Below, piece after piece: positions 47,419 through 57,686 of a stretch of DNA of 64,000 bases (positions within the stretch are counted from its first letter, which is position 1; each line of letters opens with the position of its first letter). The notes beneath the pieces are model-generated. The model was given only the letters and a program-made list of their open reading frames with translations. It searched no databases and was not told the DNA's origin. The DNA comes from Candidatus Latescibacterota bacterium (GTDB lineage Bacteria > Latescibacterota > UBA2968 > GCA-2709665). Position numbers and translations under genes: made by a program. The stretch spans positions 960,001 to 1,024,000 of the forward strand of contig OZ244744.1 of NCBI GenBank assembly GCA_965219455.1. The letters are read 5' to 3'.

Positions 47419-47637
47419 TATCCTCTCCTCTCTAGAAAAACCCCTGAGCAATAATACTTAAATCTTAGACCTTGTCAAGGTTTTCGTTGAAATTCTCTAT
47501 GACAACCCCCAATATAAAGCTCCAAGACAGATTTCCAAACGGACAGGAGAACAGAAACCCCTGTCAAGTTAGAGTTATTAGCCCCTAAATTGTTGATTTA
47601 AAGAAGCATACGATTCACATCGACCCACGTTACCGGG

Positions 47638-47945
47638 TGTTTTTCCAATGTCGTGTTCAACCAATTTGGTTCGTGCAAATGTACCCGATTTGCACTGTTA
47701 ATGATCGCCCATATGCGGCCAATGCGGGATCGGCCCAATCAGGCCACCTGGTTACAATTGAGGGTTCGGAATTCCGAGTCACGTTTCTGCCTTCTGGCTG
47801 TCTCCCCGACATGCAGGAGGGAAGAACATGGCAAACCGAAGGTTCGAGATGTATCAGTATCGCCAGATATCGACGCGTATGCGGTTGGGCGAGTCGGATC
47901 GTGCGATCGCCCGTTCTGGGTTGATGGGTGGACAGAAGACCAGAA
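47638..47945 (+). mobile_element. IS21-family left end with a frameshifted istA 5' fragment
   Basis: TG-starting end at 47638. AGGAGG then ATG at 47828 gives MANRRFEMYQYRQI, then after a frameshift RMRLGESDRAIARSGLMG (IstA HTH). Confidence 0.75.
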
Positions 47946-48060
47946 GCGCCTTCACCGGTTCTCACCCAGTATATGGGCAATAGGAATGGAACGAGATTCA
48001 GTACTGGGCCATCCTACCCCATTCATCCGGGTGAGGTGGTGAGGTTATATAAGGAGTTGT

Positions 48061-49223
48061 ATGGGACTTGAAAAAATGATATTCCGATTCTTCTGCATAA
48101 CCTGCTTCCTCACTCCGTCCTGCTCCAAGTCCCAAGACCCTACCAACCAGACTGCCATGAAAATTGGCTTTTTGGTTTCGGGCAATCGGGCTTCGTACGC
48201 GGACGCGGCCCAGTTGGCTGTAGATGAGATCAACACCAACGGTGGGTTACTCGACAATAGGACATTGGAGCTCATAACGCGAACCGATATTGAAGATGCT
48301 TCAGTAGCAGTTCAAGCTGCTCAGCAGTTGATTCAGAATGATGAGATCTTTGCGCTCCTGGGTCCGAATCGCTCTACCCATGCGGTTGAAGTGGGGCCGG
48401 TTGCTCAACGCGCACAGACACCAATGATAACGACCGGCGCGACCAATCCCAGTGTGACTAACGCCGGTGATTTCATATTTGTGGCGGCCTTTGCAGACCA
48501 GTTTCAAGGTGCCGTCCTCGCCCGGTTTGTGTGGGAAGATTTGAACAAAACTACAGCGGCGGTCCTTACCTTAGAAGGAGACGTTTATACCGAAGGTATT
48601 TCGATGTTTTTTATTTCTCATTTCGCGGAGTTGGGCGGAACAATAATCGCCAATGAGGTCTACACCCAGGGAGACACTTTATTCACCGTACAGCTTGGGC
48701 GAGTATCCGCAGCGAGGCCCGAAATATTCTTCATTTCAGGTTTGGTCCCGGATATGACTTATGTTGTTCGCCAAACGAGAACTCTGCCCGTGCTAACTCC
48801 CCAGGGCGAGCCCGTGATACTCCTGGGCGGGGATGCGTGGGACAATCCAGTATTCTTAGATGAAGTGATCGCGGAGGTCGAAGGGAGTTACTTCAGTGGA
48901 CACTTTTCCGCGGAGTCAACTGAACCAGGCGCGCGGGCGTTTGTAAGGGCGTATGAGGCGGCCTATGGCCGGGCCCCGACGGGGATGCGGTCAGTTGGGA
49001 CGCTATACGGTTGCTCTCTGGGGCTGTAGAACGGGCCAGGAGTTTTGAGGGAGCTTTAATTCGGGATCAACTGGCGGCAACGCAGAATTATCGAGGGGCG
49101 ACTAAGATCGTACATTATAACGCAAACCGACACCCGACCAAGAGTGCAGTGATATTGACGGTTAAGGACGGGGAGAGACGATTCTTTAAGGAGATTGAGC
49201 CGGGCGATTTGTATAGATATTGA
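48061..49223 (+). pseudogene. LivJ-like ABC substrate-binding protein, frameshifted
   Basis: KIGFL, AVDEINTNGG, TGATNPSVT, GGDAWD. A frameshift at the G-run near 48981-48984 continues as DAVSWDAIRLL..IRDQLAATQNYRGAT. Confidence 0.8.
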
Positions 49224-49265
49224 GCCCAGAGCTTCGGCCCTGGGCTGTTGAAGAGGTGGAGTCTT

Positions 49266-49949
49266 ATGGAATCTTGGAGGATGATAGCCTGGCTAATAAC
49301 CATCGGCGCAGTGATTGTAGTCTTGGCTTTTTTGATTATTCCGCCGATAGTTTGGTGGGTCTATAAACGGAGCACATTTCCCTTTGAGGAACGCTATCGA
49401 ACCTTCTGGCCCAGGTTATGGGCAAGTTGGATTGATGTCCTGGTATTGATGCCAGCGGCTCTACTCTTTTCGTACCTACTTCATCCGAAAGTTTCATTAT
49501 GGGAGACCGCACGTTGGATGTTGGTTATCGTCTATATCATAAATCAAACCTATTTCTGGTTCTACTCAATTTATATGCATGGTCGATGGGGTCAGACTGT
49601 AGGGAAAATGACCACACGAGTAAAGGTTGTTGATCTTAAAACAGAAAAACCTATCTCTTATTTTCAAGCCTTGCTTCGAGACAGTATCCCAATTTTAATC
49701 TCACTTCCGTTTAACATCTATGTGCTCTGGCAATTGATAATTGGTTCAGAATACCCCACACCTTCACCAAATCTGTATGATCCGTCTACACCGGCCAGTG
49801 GGATCGCTTGGGTACAATTTATCGCTGGGGTTTGGTGGTTCGCCGAGATTGTAACTATGCTCACGAATGAAAAGCGACGGGCCTTACATGACTTCATCGC
49901 AGGGACGGTTGTGGTGAGGACGAATGTGGAGGAAGAAAATGCTGAGTAA
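49266..49949 (+). CDS. RDD family membrane protein
   Basis: FWPRLWASWID, GQTVGK, KRRALHDFIAGTVVV. Start uncertain (49248-49281). Confidence 0.88.
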   Translation: MESWRMIAWLITIGAVIVVLAFLIIPPIVWWVYKRSTFPFEERYRTFWPRLWASWIDVLVLMPAALLFSYLLHPKVSLWETARWMLVIVYIINQTYFWFYSIYMHGRWGQTVGKMTTRVKVVDLKTEKPISYFQALLRDSIPILISLPFNIYVLWQLIIGSEYPTPSPNLYDPSTPASGIAWVQFIAGVWWFAEIVTMLTNEKRRALHDFIAGTVVVRTNVEEENAE

Positions 49950-50250
49950 AGCTAAAAAGGATGGCCGGTGTTTTCATTGCACCCAGGAGAACCTTTACTT
50001 TACTCCGTGAGGAAACCCGACACGAAGATTGGTTAATCCCAATGTTGGTAGTGACAGCGGTAACTATTGTCGGGGGGCTTCTATTATTCGCCGGATGCTT
50101 TAGAACAATCAGTGCATGAACAGCTTCTATATATCGAGAATATTGCTAAGAAAGATTGGCCAACGAGACTCGCATCGCCGTGAAATCTGCAATAAGGGCC
50201 TTACAAAAAAACGATGAGCGAAGCAACTTCAATGTTTATCGCGAAGTACG
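49939..50250 (+). pseudogene. Probable Yip1-family membrane protein relic
   Basis: MAGVFIAPRRTFTLLREE..DWLIPMLVV (from 49961) resembles Yip1 N-termini; several frameshifts; cut off by the convergent Uma2 gene. Confidence 0.45.
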
Positions 50251-50811
50251 ATCCGAGGGAAAGAGCCGCGACGCCGGACAGCGGAACCCAGGCAGCACGT
50301 CGCCGCCTTCAAGGTCGTCCTCCGTTCCCAGCACTTCAACCTGCTGTTGCGACCGGTAGACGTGGACCATGCGGGTTTCGGGTTCCGCCAGCCAGACCAG
50401 GCGGGTTCCGGCGGCGAAGTACTCGGCGATCTTGACGTGGACGTCGGCGAGGCGGTCCGAAGGCGAGATCACTTCAACCGCGAGATCGGGGGCGAAGGGC
50501 CAGTAGCCTACGGGGACGCCCGAGGCTGGAACGCGCGATGCCAGCACCACGGCGGCGTCCGGGGCGCGCACCGTATCGGGATCCCTCTCCAGGATGAACC
50601 CTGTCTCGGCGCCGCAGCAGACGCCGAGGTCGTTTGCTTCGACGTACTCGTCGAGCAGGCGCCCAATGCGGACCGCCAATGCACCATGGGCGCCGCCTGT
50701 CGGGGTCATACGAGCAAGTTCTCCTGCAACCAGTTCAATTCGACCACCGTCGTCCTGCAATTCGAACAACCCCTCGGCGGTCATGGGTGAACGCGGAGCG
50801 AGAATGGCCAT
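50236..50811 (-). CDS. Uma2 (DUF820) family endonuclease-like protein
   Basis: ELVAGEL, RAPDAA, PDLAVEVISPS, YFAAGTRLVW, VLPGF. Confidence 0.92.
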   Translation of the reverse strand: MAILAPRSPMTAEGLFELQDDGGRIELVAGELARMTPTGGAHGALAVRIGRLLDEYVEANDLGVCCGAETGFILERDPDTVRAPDAAVVLASRVPASGVPVGYWPFAPDLAVEVISPSDRLADVHVKIAEYFAAGTRLVWLAEPETRMVHVYRSQQQVEVLGTEDDLEGGDVLPGFRCPASRLFPSDRTSR

Positions 50812-51034
50812 TGAAGACCTCCTGCGGTTCGGAACTCGGCAGGTTCGGGGACTGAATCGCTATATTATCGATTCTCACGGCTTGGATCAAGCTCTATTTT
50901 TTTAGCGTATCGCCGTTCTCGCTTCGAGGGCAGGACCTGCCTGCAGCGCAGGGCACTGCGCAGGCTGGTGCCCTCGATCCAGTCAGGACCCTCTGTCGTT
51001 CAGAATACCACCATCCATCGCGGAATAGAGACCC

Positions 51035-52666
51035 TTACAGCGGACACACCAGTTGTCCGTCCAGCAGTTTGTGATTTTCGGAATAGTCCACGGGCACTTC
51101 GATCAGGTGCACGCCACCGGACTCGAGGCACCCTTTGAGCAATCCGGCCATGTCGTCCGTTCGTTCCAGCCGGTGCCCCCCGGCGCCGTAGCTCTCAGCG
51201 TAGCGCACGAAATCGGGATTCCCGTAATCCAACCCGAAATCAGCCAGACCCATATGGGCCTGCTTCCATTTGATCATGCCATAGCCGTTGTCCCGCAACA
51301 CCAGCGCCACCAGGTTCAGGCCCAGGCGCACCGCGGTCTCCAACTCCTGTGAGTTCATCATAAAGCCGCCGTCGCCGCAGACCGCCACCACGTCACGATC
51401 CGGGTGGAGCAGGCTGGCAGCCATGGCGGAGGGCAGACCGGCGCCCATGGTCGCCAGGGCGTTGTCCAGCAAGACGGTATTCGGCTGGTGGGCGCGGTAG
51501 TTGAGCGCGAACCAAATCTTGTAGACACCGTTATCGAGGGCAATCAGCCCATCGTCGGGCAGCACGCTCCGCACGTCGGCCACCAGCCGCTGCGGCAGTA
51601 CCGGAAAACGGTCGTCGTCATCTCCGGCGGCCAACTTCCCGTCGGCCCACTCCTTCACTCGAATGAAATAGTCGAACGACCAGTGGGGCTGGGGCTCGAT
51701 CCGCTGGCAGATCTGCCACAGGCTGTTGCCGATGTCGCCGATCACCTCGAGTTGCGGAAAGTACACCGGATCGACCTCAGCGGAAGAAAAGTTGACGTGG
51801 ATGACGTAAAGGCCCCCATCCTGCATCAGAAAAGGCGGCTTCTCCACCACGTCGTGGCCCACGTTGATAATCAGATCGGCCCGCTCGATGGCGCAGTGAA
51901 TGGCATCGCCGGAAGACAGTGCCGCGTTCCCCATGTACAGCGGATGGCGCTCGTCCACCACGCCCTTGCCCATTTGCGTGTTGAACCAGGGTATGCCCGT
52001 TATGTCTATGAACCGGGCCAGCATATTTGACGTTCGCTTGCGATTGGCTCCTGCGCCCACCAGCAGCAACGGCCGGCGAGCATCCTCGATCATGGCGACG
52101 GCCCGTGCGACCGCCTTGGCCTCCGCCACCGGGCGCCGCACCCGATCTCGGGGATAGAGATGCGCCACCGCCTCCTCGGCCGCGATGTCCTCGGGCAACT
52201 CCAGGTGCACGGCTCCCGGTCGCTCCTCCTCCGCCATGCGGAACGCCTCCCGCACTCGCGGCGGAATGGTCGCGCCGCTGACAATTCGGGTGGTGTACTT
52301 CGTGAGGGGGCGCATCATCTCAACCACGTCCACGATCTGGAAGTGGCCCTGTTTGCTCGACTTGATGGGCTTCTGCCCCGTGATCATCAGCAGCGGCATG
52401 CCACCCAGCTGGGCGTACGCCGCCGCGGTTACGAAATTCGTCGCCCCGGGTCCAAGGGTGGACATGCACACCCCGGTCTTGCCGGTGAGGCGGCCGTACG
52501 TAGCGGCCATGAAGCCCGCCGCCTGCTCGTGCCGTGTGAGAATGACGCGAATGCTCGAATTGCGCAGCGACTCGAGCAGGTCCAGGTTCTCCTCGCCGGG
52601 GATGGCGAAGATAAATTCAACGCCTTCGGCCTCGAGGGCCTTTACGAAAAGATCTGAGGCTTTCAT
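51035..52666 (-). CDS. Acetolactate synthase large-subunit-like ThDP enzyme
   Basis: TRHEQAAGFMA, STLGPGATN, ThDP motif GDGGF..DN. No small subunit is adjacent. Confidence 0.92.
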   Translation of the reverse strand: MKASDLFVKALEAEGVEFIFAIPGEENLDLLESLRNSSIRVILTRHEQAAGFMAATYGRLTGKTGVCMSTLGPGATNFVTAAAYAQLGGMPLLMITGQKPIKSSKQGHFQIVDVVEMMRPLTKYTTRIVSGATIPPRVREAFRMAEEERPGAVHLELPEDIAAEEAVAHLYPRDRVRRPVAEAKAVARAVAMIEDARRPLLLVGAGANRKRTSNMLARFIDITGIPWFNTQMGKGVVDERHPLYMGNAALSSGDAIHCAIERADLIINVGHDVVEKPPFLMQDGGLYVIHVNFSSAEVDPVYFPQLEVIGDIGNSLWQICQRIEPQPHWSFDYFIRVKEWADGKLAAGDDDDRFPVLPQRLVADVRSVLPDDGLIALDNGVYKIWFALNYRAHQPNTVLLDNALATMGAGLPSAMAASLLHPDRDVVAVCGDGGFMMNSQELETAVRLGLNLVALVLRDNGYGMIKWKQAHMGLADFGLDYGNPDFVRYAESYGAGGHRLERTDDMAGLLKGCLESGGVHLIEVPVDYSENHKLLDGQLVCPL

Positions 52667-52916
52667 TGTATTCACACTCGCGGTGATACTTCTTGTCGCC
52701 CTAAACCCGGCTGGGCTGAAACATTGGTCAAAAAGATTCGGCCCCCTGGTCTTAGGAATAAGCCCAAGGAACCGAATTCATCCAAAATAATAAACTTCAA
52801 TTGACAAATCAACTTTAAAGCCCAGGGGCACATACTCCCCTGGGCTTCTTCTATTGACAACGAAACATCAGACATTTAGACTTGCTAATCCACAACTTAT
52901 AGTGAAAGGAAAAGTA

Positions 52917-53453
52917 ATGATCACTGTCTTGCTCTTGCTACTAACAATTCAACCTGTTGAAGCTAAATCCAAAATGTCACAATTTCAGTTATACACCAAA
53001 TGTCTTGGGGTGCATCTCTCGATTGAAGAACTCCCAGACAATGCAGAGCGGATTAACTTAACAAAGGAACATATAACAAACATTGTAAAGAACAAATTAC
53101 AAGCGGCCCGGCTATATGTGCCCAGGAGATTTACGGTCCGCGAAACAGAGGACATCCATCCAATCTTATACGTTCAGGTTAATACATCCAAAACTGCTTT
53201 TAGTATTGGAATTGAATTGCGGAAAGTTGTGTTAGATAACTACTCCGGGTTGAAGGAATATGCAGTTACTTGGCGCATAGGTGTTCTTGGTGTGCACGGA
53301 CGAAGAAATCAATTTATCCTACGTATGGTCAATAAATATACGGATGTATTTATTAAAGAATGGCGCAAGGTCAACAAATCAGAGTGTCTTGAAAAAGAAG
53401 AAGTGGTTAAGCCAGGTCAAGGGCCTGTGCAACCACCTAAGAGAATTCGCTAA
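52917..53453 (+). CDS. Hypothetical secreted protein
   Basis: AAAGGA RBS; signal-like MITVLLLLLTIQPVEA; AT-richer composition. Confidence 0.6.
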   Translation: MITVLLLLLTIQPVEAKSKMSQFQLYTKCLGVHLSIEELPDNAERINLTKEHITNIVKNKLQAARLYVPRRFTVRETEDIHPILYVQVNTSKTAFSIGIELRKVVLDNYSGLKEYAVTWRIGVLGVHGRRNQFILRMVNKYTDVFIKEWRKVNKSECLEKEEVVKPGQGPVQPPKRIR

Positions 53454-53464
53454 GGGGAATCGTG

Positions 53465-54004
53465 ATGAATAATAAGACTCAACTAACGATTGTTCTATTC
53501 GCCATTGTCTTTACAAATTGTAGTTCAACCACCAGGGCACTTAAGGAGCCCCCGTAAATAAAGCCCGAGGAAATACGTTCAAGAAAATTGAAAAAGAATG
53601 ACAAGTGCTGGCAAAAGTTGGATAGTCCTGCTGATTGCTATTTGTATAGGACTAATCAGCCAGATAGAGATGAATCCTACATTTGGTCAGGTGCCTGCCT
53701 GGGCGGTGTGCCTCACGGAAAAGGAGTTCTTAACTGGATCTATCGCAATGCGCCCCCGTTCCCAGGAAATCCGTCAACAGTGATGGAAAGAACACATATA
53801 GGTCTTAAGCATTATGGTCAAAGACACGGTGAATGGTTTGAGGATGGTCACGATGGGAACTATGCAGCCAAAGAGCAGTATATATATGGAAAGCTGATAA
53901 GTCGTTTTATGCGAGGCAATGAGGGTTCTTGCACGGATGTTGTGTATGATTCTTCGGGAAAAGTGTTAGGTATCCGTAATAAAAATCCGATATTTTGTAA
54001 ATGA
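53465..54004 (+). pseudogene. Lipoprotein with MORN-like motifs interrupted by one in-frame TAA
   Basis: MNNKTQLTIVLFAIVFTNC signal, TAA at 53555-53557, then in-frame WSGACLGGVPHGKGVL and GQRHGEW. Confidence 0.6.
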
Positions 54005-54036
54005 TTCTCATCTATTGGGGGGGAGGAGGATCTATA

Positions 54037-54618
54037 ATGACAACTTCAGTTATTGGCATATTGGTAGGAACAGGGCTCTTTGTCGGTGGATTCGTTTTTC
54101 ACGATATAAACTACAAAGAGGGGGGCAGCGCCTATCATCTGTATGATGGACACAGTAGAAGGTATATTATAGGTTCACCTGTGAATAGTGGACGAGAAGA
54201 CCTGGCCTACGTTGCCGGAACAGTAGGGGCGGTCTGTTTGGCAATTTCTGTCAAACGTGCTTGGAATCAGCGTAAAGCCAAGTCACCGACAAAGTCAGAT
54301 CGGGCCTATGGAAAATTTCGCATAATGCATGACCTAATCACTGGCGGAACTTTGTGGATAGTTGGTGGAAATCTGCATGACTCTGTATGGAAAAATGATG
54401 GTCTCACAAGCACAAAAACCCTGGAAGACAATTATGGAGGGAGGGGATGGAGGCCATATCAAAACTGGAGTCATAACAAACAAGAGCACTTTGGCTACGT
54501 TCTTGGTTCCGTAGGCATGGCTTGGTTATCATTGTCAGCAAAACAAGCCTGGACTCAGTGGGAACCCCACCACCTTAACCGCGCCTATGAAAAATTTCGT
54601 GAAAGGGTTTCTCAATGA
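54037..54618 (+). CDS. Hypothetical membrane protein made of two internal repeats
   Basis: GGAGGA RBS; two copies of a TM-HD..E-x-x-x-Y-x-x-G-x-x-G-TM..RAY-x-KFR module. Confidence 0.65.
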   Translation: MTTSVIGILVGTGLFVGGFVFHDINYKEGGSAYHLYDGHSRRYIIGSPVNSGREDLAYVAGTVGAVCLAISVKRAWNQRKAKSPTKSDRAYGKFRIMHDLITGGTLWIVGGNLHDSVWKNDGLTSTKTLEDNYGGRGWRPYQNWSHNKQEHFGYVLGSVGMAWLSLSAKQAWTQWEPHHLNRAYEKFRERVSQ

Positions 54619-54857
54619 AAATCGCAATTCTTGGAATACTCATAGGAACCGGAATCTTTACCAGTGGATTTATTCATCACGACATTAACTATGACAGCGA
54701 CCTTTCCTGGAATGACGATACTCACGAAAATGTGGCTTATCTCGTCGGTACAGCAGGTGTAATCATCACAACAGTTGCCGTAAAGCATCTGCTGAATCAG
54801 TATAAGCCCAAAGTCCCGAAAGAACTGCGACCTCTCAGTAAGTATTCGCATCAGTAA
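54615..54857 (+). CDS. Hypothetical membrane protein, paralog of the first repeat of 54037-54618
   Basis: ATGA overlap. GILIGTGIFTSGFIHHDINY matches GILVGTGLFVGGFVFHDINY; ENVAYLVGTAG matches EDLAYVAGTVG. Confidence 0.6.
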   Translation: MKIAILGILIGTGIFTSGFIHHDINYDSDLSWNDDTHENVAYLVGTAGVIITTVAVKHLLNQYKPKVPKELRPLSKYSHQ

Positions 54858-54877
54858 CCCTGCAACTGCTCATTGGA

Positions 54878-55195
54878 TTGGGACTTTGGGAAAGCGGACT
54901 GTGGCTTCATGAAATGGGAGAACTAGACGATCAAATCAATATCATATATTATGACGGTAATATGTATCGCCACAAAGACCGCGACGACATCCGCGAGCAC
55001 CTGGGCTATTTCGTAGGTGCATATGGAACCACCCTTTTTACGCTTTCGGCTTATCAGATGTTGAGCGCCAAAGGGCCTCCCAAACCGGCCCAGGATCTAG
55101 ACCACGCTTTCGGGGCTTTCCGGGCCGGGCTTAACCGCCCGTCACTGAATGACCCTAAAACGTGGTCTAAGGCGCTCAGCCAGGCGAACAGGTAG
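54878..55195 (+). CDS. Hypothetical membrane protein module, possibly the frameshifted C-terminal half of 54615
   Basis: LWESGLWLHE..EHLGYFVGAYG..LSAYQ..LDHAFGAFR matches the second repeat of 54037-54618; no clear RBS. Confidence 0.5.
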   Translation: MGLWESGLWLHEMGELDDQINIIYYDGNMYRHKDRDDIREHLGYFVGAYGTTLFTLSAYQMLSAKGPPKPAQDLDHAFGAFRAGLNRPSLNDPKTWSKALSQANR

Positions 55196-55449
55196 TAAGT
55201 AGAAAAAAAATACCCCCGGCCGGATACTTAGTCCGACCTTAGAAGCTAACACAAGGCCCAGGGGGGGAGCAAGTCACTATGTTAAAATTAAGTTGATGGA
55301 AGACGTGAGGAGACCGCCCAACACCCCTTCGTTTTTCGCCTTTCCTCACTTCTCTTCGCCATGGAGGCAGGCGCCACCGGGGTCAATTTGCCGTTCACGG
55401 TTACGATGTTTAAACAACCGGACGTTTATGCAATCTTGCCAGCCGCTCG

Positions 55450-56337
55450 TCAGTCCAACCGTTCCAGGAATTCGTCCAGCCACTCATCGGGGCCGCCGTG
55501 CCCCGCGAAACCCCTCTCCACGTCCTCATCGGTATGGCAATCGGATCCGCCCGTGGAGAACAGCCCGTGACGTTCGCAGTATTCCCGGTATTTCGCCGTG
55601 AACGCCGGCGGCACGCCGGGATGGGCGCATTCGATCCCGTCCAGCGAACACTCCAATCGCAGCGCATCCATCCGTTCCACGTTGTCTTCCTTGAAATAGC
55701 CGAACGGATGCGCGATCGCCACCAGCGCACCCGCCTCCTTGACCGCCGGCATCGCATCCTTCACGTGCGGATACGGCGGAAACCGCGTCGCCGCGCCCGC
55801 TCGCGCCATCAGATCCCCGTAGTCCTCGATCCGGTCGATGAATCCCCGCGCCACGCAGTACTGCTGGATCACGCCGCCCTTCACGTGAGTATTTCCCTGC
55901 ACGTCGACTGTCTTCGCGGGTCGATAGGACCCGAGCAGTTCCAACCGGTCCGCATCCGTAAAACCGTATCCAATCGCCTGCAGGCCGGTCGAAATCGCCG
56001 AGCCGTAGTCCCGCTGCCAGTCGTGATACGCATCAAGAACCTGCACCATCGCCGGGGGCAGAACCGCGGGAAAACCGTAACACAGCAAATCCACCGATCC
56101 GATCGACGTGGTCATCGTCAATTCGGCCGATGGCACGACGCGTATCTCCGGGTAGCGTTGCGAGATCTCCAGCACCTCCGGAAGCGAATCCAGCACGTGG
56201 TGGTCCGTAATGGCGAAGCAGGAGACCCCGAGTTCCCGGGCGCGTTTGAAATGGTTCTCCGGCTGCGCAAGAGCGTCATAGCTCCAGTACGTGTGCAGGT
56301 GCAGATCGTAACGTGCGGTCACCCCTTCGTTGGCCAT
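55450..56337 (-). CDS. PHP-domain metallophosphoesterase (TrpH/YciV-like)
   Basis: DLHLHTYWSYD, AITDH, IAHP, DGIEC, TGGSDCH. Confidence 0.9.
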   Translation of the reverse strand: MANEGVTARYDLHLHTYWSYDALAQPENHFKRARELGVSCFAITDHHVLDSLPEVLEISQRYPEIRVVPSAELTMTTSIGSVDLLCYGFPAVLPPAMVQVLDAYHDWQRDYGSAISTGLQAIGYGFTDADRLELLGSYRPAKTVDVQGNTHVKGGVIQQYCVARGFIDRIEDYGDLMARAGAATRFPPYPHVKDAMPAVKEAGALVAIAHPFGYFKEDNVERMDALRLECSLDGIECAHPGVPPAFTAKYREYCERHGLFSTGGSDCHTDEDVERGFAGHGGPDEWLDEFLERLD

Positions 56338-56353
56338 TGATTTGTCCCTTGTT

Positions 56354-57676
56354 TTATTGGCGAAGAAACCGATCCAGCACATTTCTCACGGTCCCCTGCA
56401 GCTTGCCGTCCACGATCAGACTGCCGCCGAATGCGATCGATCCAACCGAGAACACCCCGCCCCCGCCTGGATGGTCGTAATACGTCATATGGGCTCCCCC
56501 GGAGCCGTCCCAGTCGTACGCTTCGTCCGGATAAACCGCCGATTCCCCATCGGACATAAAATCCAGCGGATTGATTCCCCTTGCCAGCACTGTGATGTTT
56601 TCCGGTGACCATTCATCCCGAACCTGGTCCGCCTCCCATCCGCTTGCGGCGCCGCCGTTGATGCCCTTTTCGCCGATCAGATCGCCATTCTTCAGTCCGA
56701 GGCCCTCAAATACCCAGTGCGAGGCCGTATCGACCCTGTACGGCGAGAATGTCATATATCCCGGGCGCACATATCCCACCCCCAGCACCGAGTGCTCGGG
56801 CCGCCCAACGTTGCGCCAAAGCCCGCCTTGCTCACCATTCTGGTAGTGCGGCTTTCCGTCTTTCCGGATTTCCATGATCCGGCAGGTGGAATCCCAGGTT
56901 ACCTTCCAGTAGACGCCATTTCCCGAAAGATACAGCAGGCACCCGCCCGCGTCCAGCCAGGCATCCAGGTGATCTCGCATCGGCTCCGACCAGTACTCAC
57001 TGTGCGTATTGATCACAAGGACTTTGTAGTCGGCCAGCCAGTCCCATCCCTGGTGCAGATCGGTGTCCGAATACACGTCCACCGCGTAACCGCATTCCTC
57101 CATCCAGTCCAGAATCCACATCTCGGCCCGCAACAGGTGGCTTCGGCCCTCGCCGTCGGGGGATGCCGTGGGCATCGGCCGATCCAGGCTCAACGTTTTG
57201 GGCTGGGGCTCGCTGTAGGCCGACCGGCCGCCCCATCCGTTGTAGGCGTGCCACGTATTGGTGGACGCGAGCACCGCCACGTCACCCTTCCGGTGAAAAT
57301 AGGGTTTGACAACAAACGGAACGTGAAACCTGACGCCTTTTTCGTCCGTGAATTCCGCCGTATAGATCCAGGAACGCGTCTCTTCCGGCACAATCCAGAA
57401 AAAATCAGACTCCCAATTACATCCGTTCTCCCACGCCCATTCCGGACAGGCCTGCATCCTCCCGCGCAACCCCTTCAACTCACCGATCCCCGCGGCGGTT
57501 TTGCCCACACGCTTGAACGCCACGTCGTAGGTCTTGGCGAACGTGGTCATCCGAAACGCGACGTTATCGTCCGGCGATGCGCTCAGCCGGGATGCGTAAC
57601 CCTGCATTCTGGTCACGTCCGGGGGCGGATGCACCGACGGCATGGTGCAGTGCGAGTTCCGGGTGTCTTTCTTCAT
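56354..57676 (-). CDS. N,N-dimethylformamidase large (beta) subunit-like protein
   Basis: STNTWHAYNGWGGRSAY, HSEYWS, LSGNGVYW, GWEAD, GGVFSVGSI. Confidence 0.8.
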   Translation of the reverse strand: MKKDTRNSHCTMPSVHPPPDVTRMQGYASRLSASPDDNVAFRMTTFAKTYDVAFKRVGKTAAGIGELKGLRGRMQACPEWAWENGCNWESDFFWIVPEETRSWIYTAEFTDEKGVRFHVPFVVKPYFHRKGDVAVLASTNTWHAYNGWGGRSAYSEPQPKTLSLDRPMPTASPDGEGRSHLLRAEMWILDWMEECGYAVDVYSDTDLHQGWDWLADYKVLVINTHSEYWSEPMRDHLDAWLDAGGCLLYLSGNGVYWKVTWDSTCRIMEIRKDGKPHYQNGEQGGLWRNVGRPEHSVLGVGYVRPGYMTFSPYRVDTASHWVFEGLGLKNGDLIGEKGINGGAASGWEADQVRDEWSPENITVLARGINPLDFMSDGESAVYPDEAYDWDGSGGAHMTYYDHPGGGGVFSVGSIAFGGSLIVDGKLQGTVRNVLDRFLRQ

Positions 57677-57686
57677 CGCTGGTCCC

